In this document: one piece after another, positions 10,614 to 20,382 of the stretch
Layout of the letters: every line of letters begins with the position of its first letter
Position numbering within the stretch: the stretch's first letter is position 1
Source of the DNA: Leptonemataceae bacterium
GTDB lineage: Bacteria > Spirochaetota > Leptospiria > Leptospirales > Leptonemataceae
Direction: 5' to 3'
DNA: 64,000 nt
NCBI GenBank assembly: GCA_965227295.1
Contig: OZ245742.1
Span: forward strand, 4,288,001-4,352,000
Made by a program: the position numbers and the translations under genes
The notes under the pieces: generated by a model
Seen by the model: only the letters and a program-made list of their open reading frames with translations
Told to the model about the DNA's origin: nothing
Databases searched by the model: none

Positions 10614-11036
10614 ATGCAAAGCTCATCCATCTTCCAACCGATCACAAGAATAATTTTGTACGGCTTCCTGGTCTGGCTCGTCCCCTTCCTGGCGGCCATG
10701 GCCTTTTTCACTCCCGAGGGCGAACTGAGCATCGACATCTTCTTGTTCAAGACGATCATGCTCCTCATCTCGACGCCGCTCGGTCTCTTCCTCATGGCCG
10801 TGCATCTGCGGCGTTGTCCGGATCGTTATCTACAGCGCGGCCTCTTCGCAGGGATCGTGTGGATCCTGATCAACTGGGGCCTGGACTTCGCGATTCTGCT
10901 GCAATTGAGCGGGCAAAGCCCCGGCGAGTACTTCGTGCAAATCGGCCTGCGCTACTTCGCAATGATCTTTAGCGGCCTCTTCATGGGCTACGCGATAGAC
11001 GGCGTACTCACCGCGAAATCCACGCCGGAGCGCTGA
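10614..11036 (+). CDS. Four-TM membrane protein
   Basis: Hydrophobic ORF; ATG 10614 just after the MerR-type promoter; 2 bp from the merR gene. Confidence 0.7.
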   Translation: MQSSSIFQPITRIILYGFLVWLVPFLAAMAFFTPEGELSIDIFLFKTIMLLISTPLGLFLMAVHLRRCPDRYLQRGLFAGIVWILINWGLDFAILLQLSGQSPGEYFVQIGLRYFAMIFSGLFMGYAIDGVLTAKSTPER

Positions 11037-11038
11037 GC

Positions 11039-11839
11039 ATGTACAGCATCGGGCAGTTCTCGTTGATCACCCGCATCCCGGTGCGCACGCTGCGGCGTTA
11101 TCACGAGAACGCCGTCTTGATTCCGGATCACGTCGACGAAGACAGCGGCTATCGTTACTATCGCGAAGCCGCCGTCGAACGCGCGCGCTTGATCAGCGCG
11201 CTGCGGGATCTGGACTTTCCGTTAAAAGATATTCAGAATATCTTAGCAAGTTGCGCCGAGGATGAGGACATCCTGGATCACTTGCTGAAGCGCCGGGACG
11301 AACTTGAGTCAGAGCTGCGTGACATGCAACGCCGGCGGGGCGGCCTCGCAAACGCCATCGAGCACATTCGCCGATTGCAGAAGCTTCCCTCCGCGGACGC
11401 CGTGGAGCTGAAAGATGTGCCGGCCCTGTACTTCGCCGGCCTGCGCAGCACCGGTCGCTGGGACGAGATCGGCGCAAACTTCAACACCGTGGGACGCAAG
11501 GCCGGACGCTGGATCGGCGGACCGGCCATGTCGTTGTGCTATGACGGCGAGTACAAAGACGACGCCGACTACGAGGCCGGCTTTCCCCTGCGACGACCGA
11601 AGGAGATCAGCGGCCTGGACTGCCGCGAGCTTCCCGCGGTCCGTTGTGTTACGTTAATTCACCGCGGCCCGTACACCGAACTCGGGCGAAGTTACGAACG
11701 GCTGCTGGAGTTCATCAACGCGCGTAAGTTAAGCTGGGGACCACCTACGCGGGAGGTCTACTTAAAAGGCCCCGGCATGTTCTTTCGCGGCAACCCGAAG
11801 AAGTACGCAACGGAAATTCAGATACCGGTGCGGGAGTAG
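11039..11839 (+). CDS. MerR family regulator with GyrI-like effector domain (BmrR-like)
   Basis: YSIGQFS..RTLRRY..GYRYY HTH; HRGPY, P.REVYL, TEIQIPV. Confidence 0.93.
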   Translation: MYSIGQFSLITRIPVRTLRRYHENAVLIPDHVDEDSGYRYYREAAVERARLISALRDLDFPLKDIQNILASCAEDEDILDHLLKRRDELESELRDMQRRRGGLANAIEHIRRLQKLPSADAVELKDVPALYFAGLRSTGRWDEIGANFNTVGRKAGRWIGGPAMSLCYDGEYKDDADYEAGFPLRRPKEISGLDCRELPAVRCVTLIHRGPYTELGRSYERLLEFINARKLSWGPPTREVYLKGPGMFFRGNPKKYATEIQIPVRE

Positions 11840-11843
11840 CCCT

Positions 11844-13736
11844 CTACTTACGTGCCGGTACGAACTCGTCTTTCAACAACGTATCCCGCGTAAACTGAAA
11901 GTAAGCGTAGAGCAAACGCCGGCGCTCGTCGAAGTTCACCCCGCCGCGGCACTCGAAGGCCGCGGCGGCATCCGCCGGATGAAAGACCGGCTGAAACGAG
12001 GCCGACTGCACGTTCCCGTGATACGCGCCGCAGCGGTCGATCCAGGAAATGCTGCGTCCGGCCGAGGCGAAGGCGAAACCCTCGTCCGGCGACTTGCGAA
12101 AGAAATCCGCGCCCACCGTACGCAGCGGCGGTTCCTGAAAATCAAACAGAGCCTGGATCGAAGGTAAAACATCCGGCTGGCCCGCCACCACCGAACGCTC
12201 ACCGTTTACTCCGCCCGGAGCGATCCAGAAAAACGGGACGTGAAACCGTTCCACCGGCGAAAGCCCCATCTGATGCGTATGATCCGCCGTCACGATAAAC
12301 AACGTCCGCCGCCCCGCCTCCGTGCGCCGCGCCCGCTCAATCATCTCCACCACGTGACGCCCCGTGAATCGCAACGTGCGCAGATAGTCCGCGCCGGTAT
12401 TCCCGCTAACTCCAGAAGACTGTTCATTAGCATCCTCCGGCAAACTGAACGGGGCGTGGGTACTGATCAACATGGTCACGATGAATTTCTTTGCGTCGTC
12501 CCGACTCAGCAATCGCAACGTTTCCGCGAGGGTAACGTCATCGTGCAACGCCTCGCCGAAACCCGTGGCCGGCGCCCGCGGATGGCGCTTCCGCATTTCA
12601 CGCCGACCCAGAATGTTCTCGGCCGGAACGCCCAGGCGCCGCATGAACCGATCGTAACCTTCGAACGAGGGATCGCCGCCGTAGATGAAGTACGGCGCAA
12701 AGCCGCGTTCCCCGAGGAACTCCGGCAGTGACGCAAAGTCGTGGTACATCGTGTAGGTCTTAACGGCGCTGTAGTTTACAAGATCGGGCCAGCCGGTCAG
12801 CAAAGCAAACAGACCGTTTCGTGTACGCAGACCGCTCGCATAGAAGTTCGAAAACGAAACGCCCTGCTCCCGCAAGACCAACAGTTCCGGAGCACGCTCC
12901 GCGCTCACGTCGCCGGCCCAGACGCCTTCGAGCAAGATCACGACGATGTTCTGAAGTTCGTCGCCGTGATTCAGACCGCGCTCCGCAATCGCGGCGTCAT
13001 CCGCTAACGTAATCGCCGCGAGCGTTCGCTCCCGCGCCTCCGTGTCGTCGGCATAACGCGGCAAAAACCAGAGCAACGCCCGCTCCACGACCAGGTTCAC
13101 CGCCAGGTTCTGCTCCACCTCCTGGTAGATCACCGCCGGACTGAAACGTTCCATGCGCGCGTAGTACGCGAGCGGAGAGAGTGCGAAGGCAACGGCCACC
13201 GCGATGACCAGGGCCGAAAGTTCCCGCCGCCCCTGCCCGAAAATCTGGCGCAGACGCACGGCGAGCAACACGCCGGCAATCACCACAACGCCGAAGAACA
13301 CGGCCAGCACCGGGGCCGCGGCGAACCCCGTGCGCAACACCGGAATCATGTCTGCGCCGAAAAAAGCGAAGACCTCGCCGCCCAGACGCCGCGCGCTAAA
13401 CCGAAAAAACACGGCGTCCGTGCAGTAAAACGCAAGATACCACACGCTAACAATCAAGGCATAGAACTTAAGCAGCAGCGCGGCAAACGACCACCGGCGC
13501 AGCTCCGCGACCGCGGCCAGGAGTACCGCCGGCAATGCAAGCACCACCGCCGCCGTGAGATCCTGAGCAAGGCCCGTGAGCAGGGTGAGCCCCGCCGCAA
13601 ACACGGAAAAGTCCGCGGCGGGAACGAACACGGCCAACATGTACAGACGAAAGATCGACGGCAAAAGCCCGAGCCAGAGCAGCAGTGCCGTGGCCGGGCG
13701 CACCGCCGGCATCGAAAACGAAAAGCGCGCGCTCAC
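11844..13736 (-). CDS. LTA synthase/sulfatase family membrane protein
   Basis: N-terminal TMs, NIVVILLEG, SGLRT, STHAPF, TADH. Confidence 0.85.
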   Translation of the reverse strand: MSARFSFSMPAVRPATALLLWLGLLPSIFRLYMLAVFVPAADFSVFAAGLTLLTGLAQDLTAAVVLALPAVLLAAVAELRRWSFAALLLKFYALIVSVWYLAFYCTDAVFFRFSARRLGGEVFAFFGADMIPVLRTGFAAAPVLAVFFGVVVIAGVLLAVRLRQIFGQGRRELSALVIAVAVAFALSPLAYYARMERFSPAVIYQEVEQNLAVNLVVERALLWFLPRYADDTEARERTLAAITLADDAAIAERGLNHGDELQNIVVILLEGVWAGDVSAERAPELLVLREQGVSFSNFYASGLRTRNGLFALLTGWPDLVNYSAVKTYTMYHDFASLPEFLGERGFAPYFIYGGDPSFEGYDRFMRRLGVPAENILGRREMRKRHPRAPATGFGEALHDDVTLAETLRLLSRDDAKKFIVTMLISTHAPFSLPEDANEQSSGVSGNTGADYLRTLRFTGRHVVEMIERARRTEAGRRTLFIVTADHTHQMGLSPVERFHVPFFWIAPGGVNGERSVVAGQPDVLPSIQALFDFQEPPLRTVGADFFRKSPDEGFAFASAGRSISWIDRCGAYHGNVQSASFQPVFHPADAAAAFECRGGVNFDERRRLLYAYFQFTRDTLLKDEFVPARK

Positions 13737-13739
13737 GAG

Positions 13740-14945
13740 TTACGGCGCGGGGGGCGGCGGCATCTTGACCCCGCTCTCAATCTCACGCTCCAGGAACTCG
13801 ATCTTCTTGCGCTTCTGCGCCGAGTCGTACTCCGCGTCGGAGAAGACCGTCGGGTCCGAATAGTTGCCGGTAGTCTGATAGCTGCCTTCGTACGACGGGA
13901 TCAACTGCCGGTCCGGGGACTGCCCCTCCAGCAAACGATAACCGCGCACGTTCTTCACGTAGAACGGCGGCGTGGGGTCCTGGTCGACGATGACCTTGCC
14001 GAAAAATTCCAGGTTCACCACCTGCTCCCCGCCCTCCAGGTCTCCTTTGAACCGCGTGTACGCCACCGGCTGGTCTTCGCTATCGAAGAGGTTCGCGTCG
14101 ATGATGTAATAGCCGGCCTTCTCGACTTTGATGCCGGCGCTTACGAGCAACGAACCTTCGCTCAAACGATCCGAAAAACGTCCGGTGAAACGCGCGGGAA
14201 TGGCCGACTCCGGAAAATACTCGAAGGGCACCAGGGCCTCGGTGGTCTCGTCGCCGATTTCGAATTTAACGTAGAGTTGCAGGCGACCCATGTAGTTGAT
14301 GAGCGGCGTGGACGACGGCTGGAACCGTAACGTGTAGATGAGATCCCCGGCTTTGCGATCGCCCTCGGAGCCCTCGTCATTGAAGCGCACGTCCATGAAC
14401 TTTTTGTAGTCGAGATGCGAACGCCCCTTGTTCACACTGGCGGACAACACCCGCATGGGAACCGGCGCGGCCTTCTTGGTGGGCAGCGGCGCGGCCTGCA
14501 GCGTAAAGGTAACCGCGCCGTCTCCTACGACGTAGTAACGATCGCCGGTGAGCAGATAATAGAACTCGGCCTTCGGCGGATTCTTCGGCGGATTGTTTTG
14601 ATCGAAGCCCTCCGGCGGCCCGCCGATGGGCAGAAAGTTTTCGTAACGGCGGTTCGGTTCCATGAGGCCGATCATTTCTTTTTTCAAGGGCCGCGACGTC
14701 GGCGGATAGATGGCATACTGTTTGTATTGCGTGAGAATGGCCTTCGGGTCCATCCGATCACCGGTAAAAAACGGTTCGGCGAAGTAGTTGTCCTCGCGGC
14801 CGGGTCCGTCGCCGCCGCCGGGACCTCCGCCCGGGCCTCCACTGTAATCGGGACCGGACGTCTCGCTCTGAACGATCAAAACAATAAGTACAGTAAAGAC
14901 CAGCACGGCCGTGATCGCGATGATGATGTAATGACGGGTTTTCAT
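13740..14945 (-). CDS. Membrane-anchored exported protein (choice-of-anchor X-like motif)
   Basis: N-terminal TM, Gly/Pro linker, FNDEGSEGDRKAGDLIYT motif, beta-rich body; start ATG 14945. Confidence 0.6.
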   Translation of the reverse strand: MKTRHYIIIAITAVLVFTVLIVLIVQSETSGPDYSGGPGGGPGGGDGPGREDNYFAEPFFTGDRMDPKAILTQYKQYAIYPPTSRPLKKEMIGLMEPNRRYENFLPIGGPPEGFDQNNPPKNPPKAEFYYLLTGDRYYVVGDGAVTFTLQAAPLPTKKAAPVPMRVLSASVNKGRSHLDYKKFMDVRFNDEGSEGDRKAGDLIYTLRFQPSSTPLINYMGRLQLYVKFEIGDETTEALVPFEYFPESAIPARFTGRFSDRLSEGSLLVSAGIKVEKAGYYIIDANLFDSEDQPVAYTRFKGDLEGGEQVVNLEFFGKVIVDQDPTPPFYVKNVRGYRLLEGQSPDRQLIPSYEGSYQTTGNYSDPTVFSDAEYDSAQKRKKIEFLEREIESGVKMPPPPAP

Positions 14946-15001
14946 AAACAGGCAAATCCAATACGGTAACGCAAAGCGTTGCAAGCGAAAAGTGCACGCA
15001 T

Positions 15002-15030
15002 AAAAAAGGCGCGCCCGAGAGCGCGCCCTT
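15002..15030 (-). terminator. Rho-independent terminator after the lipase-like gene
   Basis: Minus strand GGGCGCGC-TCTCGG-GCGCGCC followed by T6. Confidence 0.7.
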
Positions 15031-15094
15031 TCTGAAAGGCAAAGGACGGTAAAAAACGAAACGGCGCCGCCGGAGTCCGACGGCGCGCGATGTT

Positions 15095-15808
15095 TTACCA
15101 GCCCATGTTGTTGATGAATTTCATCTTCATGCCGTAGTGATCCAGGTCGTAACCATCGCAGGTCCAGGCCACCTGGTGACCGGAGTACCACGAGCAGGAG
15201 CACATGTTATTGTAGGAACCGGAGCTGGTGCAGCCCGAGGACGAGTGATAGCTCACCGCGCCGTCGTCTTCCCCCGGCAGATACCACGAGGAGTACCACC
15301 AGCCGTCGTAACCGGCGATGTGGTAGATGGTCTCACCGTTCGTGTCGTGGTGGTTGAACATGTTGCGGATGGTGGAGACCCACAGGTCGCCGGTGTAATC
15401 GCAGGTGAACAGTTCCGAAAGCCAGCCCAGGGCCAGTTCCGAACCGCCGCCCGCTCCGGCCGAGGTGCCGACCCATGCGATGTTCCAGTTCGTGTTGTAG
15501 GTGGACAGCACGTAACGTACGTTCGCGTCGCCGCCCGAGTAGTTGATCACGTAGCACCAGTTGCTGCCCGTGCAGTACTGGTCGAAACGTGCTTTGATTT
15601 GCGAGCCCGCGTTGGGCACGCTTACGGTGGTGTTGATGTTTGCGTCGATCGAGACCTTTCCGGAAGAGTTGGAAAGACGGGCGCCGGACTCGGCCCATTT
15701 CGTCGAGCACATCCCCCCGATGTGCAAAATGTAGGTGGCTGCATCCAGCGGGGATACGGCAAAGCCGACCCCGACCGCAAGAATGCCGGCCAGAATTCGA
15801 TTTTTCAT
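15095..15808 (-). CDS. Secreted lipase-like alpha/beta hydrolase
   Basis: Signal peptide with AGGAGA RBS; NYSGG elbow, GGSELA, EDDGAV, LDH; many Cys. Confidence 0.7.
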   Translation of the reverse strand: MKNRILAGILAVGVGFAVSPLDAATYILHIGGMCSTKWAESGARLSNSSGKVSIDANINTTVSVPNAGSQIKARFDQYCTGSNWCYVINYSGGDANVRYVLSTYNTNWNIAWVGTSAGAGGGSELALGWLSELFTCDYTGDLWVSTIRNMFNHHDTNGETIYHIAGYDGWWYSSWYLPGEDDGAVSYHSSSGCTSSGSYNNMCSCSWYSGHQVAWTCDGYDLDHYGMKMKFINNMGW

Positions 15809-15986
15809 GAACGCTCTCCTGATGAACAAACAAACACCGGCGAATATATGTGTACCGGTGCCTGCGGACACTGACACCGTGTCGGCGGAGATTGCAAGCA
15901 TAATTTGGGCCCCGCATCAAAGCTCTGCACCAGAAGATCACGGGAAACGCTTGCAATGAACCCGGCCCCTGACGGTATATAATCAC

Positions 15987-16520
15987 ATGGGCCACACCCC
16001 CGGGAAAGGGGCAGCGCCGGTGACGATTGCCATGGCGGTCCTCCTCCTGACGGCTCAGTGTTCCGGCGGACGCTATGTAAATTCGCAGACCTGGTACGCG
16101 GGCATCTACGCGCCGACGGATCAAGCGGACTTTGAGGAACGGTATCGATGCGAAGCACCGCGACAGCATACCGTGTACTATTTCTTCTTCGGCACCACCA
16201 TGCTCCGACGGGAAGATCCGAAAACGCTCTTCCCGGAGCCGGATCGCTATGTCTACGCCTTCGAACAAAAGAAAACGACCATGGACTGGATCATATCCAT
16301 TCTCTTCGGTACGATGTTCAGCGTAACACGCAATACCCTGGAAATCCGGCAGTGCGTCGGCACCCGCGAGGCCGACCGCATCGATGCCCGCAAGCGCGTC
16401 GAGGAAGCGCAACGCCGGGCCCGGGAACGCGCCGAGGCCGCCCGCGAGGCGGCAGAACGCGCCGCGGAGAGGGCCCGGCGCAATCAGGATCAGGGCGGAT
16501 CACAGGAGCAAGGTCGTTGA
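15987..16520 (+). CDS. Putative lipoprotein (Bor/TRL-like)
   Basis: Lipobox-like LTAQC, YYFFFG..TMDWIISILFG, charged coiled-coil tail. Confidence 0.6.
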   Translation: MGHTPGKGAAPVTIAMAVLLLTAQCSGGRYVNSQTWYAGIYAPTDQADFEERYRCEAPRQHTVYYFFFGTTMLRREDPKTLFPEPDRYVYAFEQKKTTMDWIISILFGTMFSVTRNTLEIRQCVGTREADRIDARKRVEEAQRRARERAEAAREAAERAAERARRNQDQGGSQEQGR

Positions 16521-17146
16521 ACCGGCGCTGGATCCTGCCCATCCTGCTCTATTTCGCCGCAACAACGTTGCCGGCGCAGAGCGAGTTGCGCCCGGTCTGC
16601 CTGCACGGCGATTGCCGGGACGGCCAGGGGCGGCTTCAGATCCAGAGTTCGTCCGGCCAGGTACGCTACGACTACTCCGGTGAATTTCGAGACGGGGCGC
16701 CGAACGGGCCGGGCCGGCTCAGCCTCGTCACAGGGTTGCGCTACTCCGGCGACTTTCAGGACGGGCGCTTTCACGGCCGCGGCATCCTCGAGTACCCGGA
16801 CGGCAGTCGGTACGAGGGCGAGTTCCAGGCCGGGCGCATGCACGGTGCCGGACTGTTCGCGTTCGCCGGCGGCGCCGAGTACGTCGGCCAGTTTCAGAAC
16901 GATCGCTTTCACGGAGCCGGGGCCTACACCTTTGCCGACGGGGCTCGCTACACCGGCGAGTTCCAGAACGGTCGCTTCCACGGCTACGGTCGTTTCGAGG
17001 GCAGCGACGGTTCCCTCTATGAAGGTCGTTATCGCGACGGCAAAAAAGACGGCCCGGGCACCCTCGTCCTCCCGGACGGCGTGCGGCGTCAGGGCATATT
17101 CGCCGGCAATCGATTGGTCCGCCTTACCTCGGAGGACGACGCTTGA
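16517..17146 (+). CDS. MORN repeat exported protein
   Basis: Signal peptide, CLHGDCRDGQG, about 6 repeats of YxGxFxxGxxHGxG; TTG start with CAGGAG RBS. Confidence 0.9.
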   Translation: MNRRWILPILLYFAATTLPAQSELRPVCLHGDCRDGQGRLQIQSSSGQVRYDYSGEFRDGAPNGPGRLSLVTGLRYSGDFQDGRFHGRGILEYPDGSRYEGEFQAGRMHGAGLFAFAGGAEYVGQFQNDRFHGAGAYTFADGARYTGEFQNGRFHGYGRFEGSDGSLYEGRYRDGKKDGPGTLVLPDGVRRQGIFAGNRLVRLTSEDDA

Positions 17147-18693
17147 ACGCAGGACAACCGGAATCCGTCGGCGAAAACAAACGGCGGCACCGCCTGGCGT
17201 GGCGCATCGGCCTGCTCTATACCGTGCTCGCCATGATCAACATCGTCTTTTTCTCGATCATGATCTTCGAGAACCAGACGGATCTTTTGCAAAACAATTT
17301 TCGTTATCTCTCCGACAGCGTGGTCAAAACGATCTTCGACGAACTGGCGGAGGTCCCGTTGCACCGCGAGGACACCGAAAACTTTGAACGCCTGCGTTCC
17401 AACCTGGCCGCTTACGATGTCGAACGCATTACGGTCTTCGACCTGGACGGCAATGTATGGCACACACACCCGATCGAACCCGCCGGCAGCACGACACAGG
17501 TGGATGAGCGCCTGCTCCGGCGCGCGAACGAAATGGCCAATCAAGAGTTGGTCTTTCGTTCGCGCTACTCGACGGAATTAAATGAGCAGGACTTTACGGT
17601 GGATTTGATCATTCCCTCGGAGTCCGACATCGACCAGGCCTTCGTTGCCGCCACCATCAGCATCGCCCCCATGCGAGACCGCCTCAACGCCCTCTATTAT
17701 CAAATGGGCATCGCCGTGGTCTGGGGCGTCATCTTTCATGTGCTGTTCGGCCTCTTCGTCTATCGAACGATCTTCCGCCGCCTGAATACACTGGACTCTG
17801 CCAGCGTGCGCATGGCCCAGGGAGAACTGGGCGCCCGGGCCGACTGGAAACGCCCGCCGGCGGGCGGGGACGAACTCGATGAACTCGGCGACCGCTTCAA
17901 CGCCATGGCCGACAACATCCAGACGAAGATCGAAACCATCAGCAAACAAAACACCATCATCGAAAAACTCAATCGTGACATGCAAACCGAACTGATGATC
18001 GGCCAGGAGGTCCAGGAATCGTTCAGCACCATCGAAGAAGGCCTGGAACGCTATCGACCCGCCATCTTTCACGAACCGCTGCGCGAGGTGAGCGGCGACA
18101 TCTATCACTTCTACAAATTTTCCCGCAGCCGCCACGGCCTGTTCTTCGCCGACGCCACGGGACACGGCGTCTCCGCCGCCCTGATCACGGCGCTGACTTC
18201 GTTTTCCCTCGAGGCCTGCCTCAAAGAAAGTCAGGAACCGGCGAAGGTCATGACGAAGTTGAACAACATGATCGCCGCGCGGCTGAATCCCTTTTTCAAC
18301 GCCACGGCCATCTTCCTGGTGTTTCAGAAGAACGGCCGCATCAGCTATTCCAACGCCGGGCACACGCCGTGTCTGATCGTGCGCCCGTCCACCGGCGAGC
18401 GCTTTGAACTGAACGCATCGGGCACCCCCCTGGGCATGGTGGAGGACATGGAGATCCACGGTGCCCGCCTGGATACGCAGTCCGGCGACAAGGTCCTCGT
18501 CTACTCCGACGGCTGGACCGAAGCCCTCAATGGCCAGGGCGAACTCTACGGGCGGGAACGGGCCTTCGAAGTGTTCGCCGAGAACGTACAAGAATCTCCT
18601 GAACGTATCTTAGAGATCATCCGCACGGATCTTTACGCGCACACCGAGGTCTTCGAAGACGACGTCAGCATCATCGTACTGGAGATTCCCTGA
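17143..18693 (+). CDS. Membrane HAMP + SpoIIE/PP2C phosphatase
   Basis: 2 TMs, HAMP (DELDELGDRFNAMA), VSGDIY, DATGHG, YSDG, DDVS. Confidence 0.92.
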   Translation: MNAGQPESVGENKRRHRLAWRIGLLYTVLAMINIVFFSIMIFENQTDLLQNNFRYLSDSVVKTIFDELAEVPLHREDTENFERLRSNLAAYDVERITVFDLDGNVWHTHPIEPAGSTTQVDERLLRRANEMANQELVFRSRYSTELNEQDFTVDLIIPSESDIDQAFVAATISIAPMRDRLNALYYQMGIAVVWGVIFHVLFGLFVYRTIFRRLNTLDSASVRMAQGELGARADWKRPPAGGDELDELGDRFNAMADNIQTKIETISKQNTIIEKLNRDMQTELMIGQEVQESFSTIEEGLERYRPAIFHEPLREVSGDIYHFYKFSRSRHGLFFADATGHGVSAALITALTSFSLEACLKESQEPAKVMTKLNNMIAARLNPFFNATAIFLVFQKNGRISYSNAGHTPCLIVRPSTGERFELNASGTPLGMVEDMEIHGARLDTQSGDKVLVYSDGWTEALNGQGELYGRERAFEVFAENVQESPERILEIIRTDLYAHTEVFEDDVSIIVLEIP

Positions 18694-20324
18694 TGCGCGG
18701 GCGGATTTTCAGTCCCGTGTTGGTCCTGCTGCTCGCGGCGTTCTTCGCCTTCGTGGCCCGCTCGGTGATCGAAGTGAAAATCCTGGAACTGCGCGCCGGC
18801 ATCCAGCGCGATCGCATTCTGAACCTGGAGCTTTCGTCCCGGGCTCTGGAGGCCCGCTCCCGGCGCCTCAGCACCCAACGCGAGGACTTTCGTGCCGAGA
18901 TCCGCCAGAGCGTTCTGGAATCCAGTCTCTTAAACGACGAACGCCCGAAAGCCCTCGAACCCGGCCTCCTGGAGTATACCGGCTACGTGGCGGTCAACAC
19001 CGCGCGGCTGTTATCACTGAAACCCCTGGTCCATCTGATCAGCGACACGGAGACGCTCGTCCTGCTGCGCTACGCCTTTTATATGGAAAGAAACCGGCGC
19101 TACGAGGCCGCAATCCAGCGCTACCGGGATCTCCTGACCAATCGCCTCTTCGGTACCGAGGGAGACCTGGACGCCTTCGTGAGCCTGCATCTCGGATACT
19201 GCCTCATGGCGGTGGGCCGCACGGACGAAGCCGCCGGCAGGCTGCGCGTGGTCCGCGAAACCTACGCCGGAACGCACTTTGCGACGACCGCCGCCGTCCT
19301 GCTCCACGTCCTGGAGGACGGCCGCCGCCGCCGGGAACGCATCCATTCTCGGACGGATTCCCCCCTCGCCCTCGCCCGGGAGTTGTTTCAGTCAGGACAG
19401 TGCCCGGCCGCCCTGCGCGCCTACGAACAGGCCGCAACGCACGGCTCGTTGCAGCTACTGGATCGCTACCGCCGGGCCCTGTGCCTCGAAGAAACGGGCC
19501 GCGTGGGAGCGGCCACAACGGAGTACCGCAACATCATCAGCACTTACGATACCGGTTTTGCCCCCGGCGGCATTGAAGCCGCGCGTCTGTCGAACCGGCG
19601 CCTGCTGATCCTCGGCCACTTCTACGCCGGCGATCCCGAACTCCGCTCCCAGGCCGAAATCGAGGCCAAACGGCTGGGCGATGCGACGGCTCTTGGAGAA
19701 ATCGTCGAGGTCGCCGAAGAAATGCAGCCCGCGCAAATCGTCGAAGAAATCCAGAAGCCGGACGGCCCTGCTCCCGATCTGCTGAACTCTCTGCGCGACG
19801 AACTGGCCAGTGCAACCGGGCCTGCGGCCCCCGAACGGGAGGGAACGAAACCCGAGCCGGTCCCGGCCGAACCGTCCGCGCAGGATTCAAAAAACGCTCA
19901 GGAGACCGCGGCGAACCGTCACCATCTCACACTGCCGGCAAGAGCTGTCCCGGAAGATCCGGAGCGCATCCGGCTCTCCGGCTCCGGCAGCGCCGGCAAC
20001 GCGGCCGAGGCCCTGACCCGCGTCATGCTCGGCGATGGCAGCGTCGTTCGCGTAAGCACCCTGGAGCACCGCTCCGGCAAAAGCATGTTCATTTCGGGGC
20101 CGGACGCGCGCATCCATCTCCCGGTGGCCCGCATTCGCCGCATCGTGCCGCCGCGTGCCGGTGAGTGGCCGGGACTCATCGAAGTCATTTCCCGGAAAGG
20201 CGGCACTGTCCGTTACTTCACGGAGTTGAGCTTCGAAAAGGGCAGGCTGATCGGTCGTTTACCGGCAGGCGGCGGTTCGGTCCCCGTTGCTCTGGAAGAG
20301 GTGCACATCATCCGCACACCGTAG
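18693..20324 (+). CDS. TPR-containing membrane-anchored protein
   Basis: N-terminal TM, TPR-like helices (LHLGYCLMAVG, RALCLEETG), Pro-rich linker. Confidence 0.7.
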   Translation: MRGRIFSPVLVLLLAAFFAFVARSVIEVKILELRAGIQRDRILNLELSSRALEARSRRLSTQREDFRAEIRQSVLESSLLNDERPKALEPGLLEYTGYVAVNTARLLSLKPLVHLISDTETLVLLRYAFYMERNRRYEAAIQRYRDLLTNRLFGTEGDLDAFVSLHLGYCLMAVGRTDEAAGRLRVVRETYAGTHFATTAAVLLHVLEDGRRRRERIHSRTDSPLALARELFQSGQCPAALRAYEQAATHGSLQLLDRYRRALCLEETGRVGAATTEYRNIISTYDTGFAPGGIEAARLSNRRLLILGHFYAGDPELRSQAEIEAKRLGDATALGEIVEVAEEMQPAQIVEEIQKPDGPAPDLLNSLRDELASATGPAAPEREGTKPEPVPAEPSAQDSKNAQETAANRHHLTLPARAVPEDPERIRLSGSGSAGNAAEALTRVMLGDGSVVRVSTLEHRSGKSMFISGPDARIHLPVARIRRIVPPRAGEWPGLIEVISRKGGTVRYFTELSFEKGRLIGRLPAGGGSVPVALEEVHIIRTP

Positions 20325-20382
20325 TTCGGCGTGCGCCGCGTTTTTTTGTTTACGATAGTTCACGACAACCCAACGTACCATC

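Noticed and set aside
16517..17146. Tandem ~69-bp nucleotide repeats
   Set aside because: They are fully explained by the MORN protein repeats.
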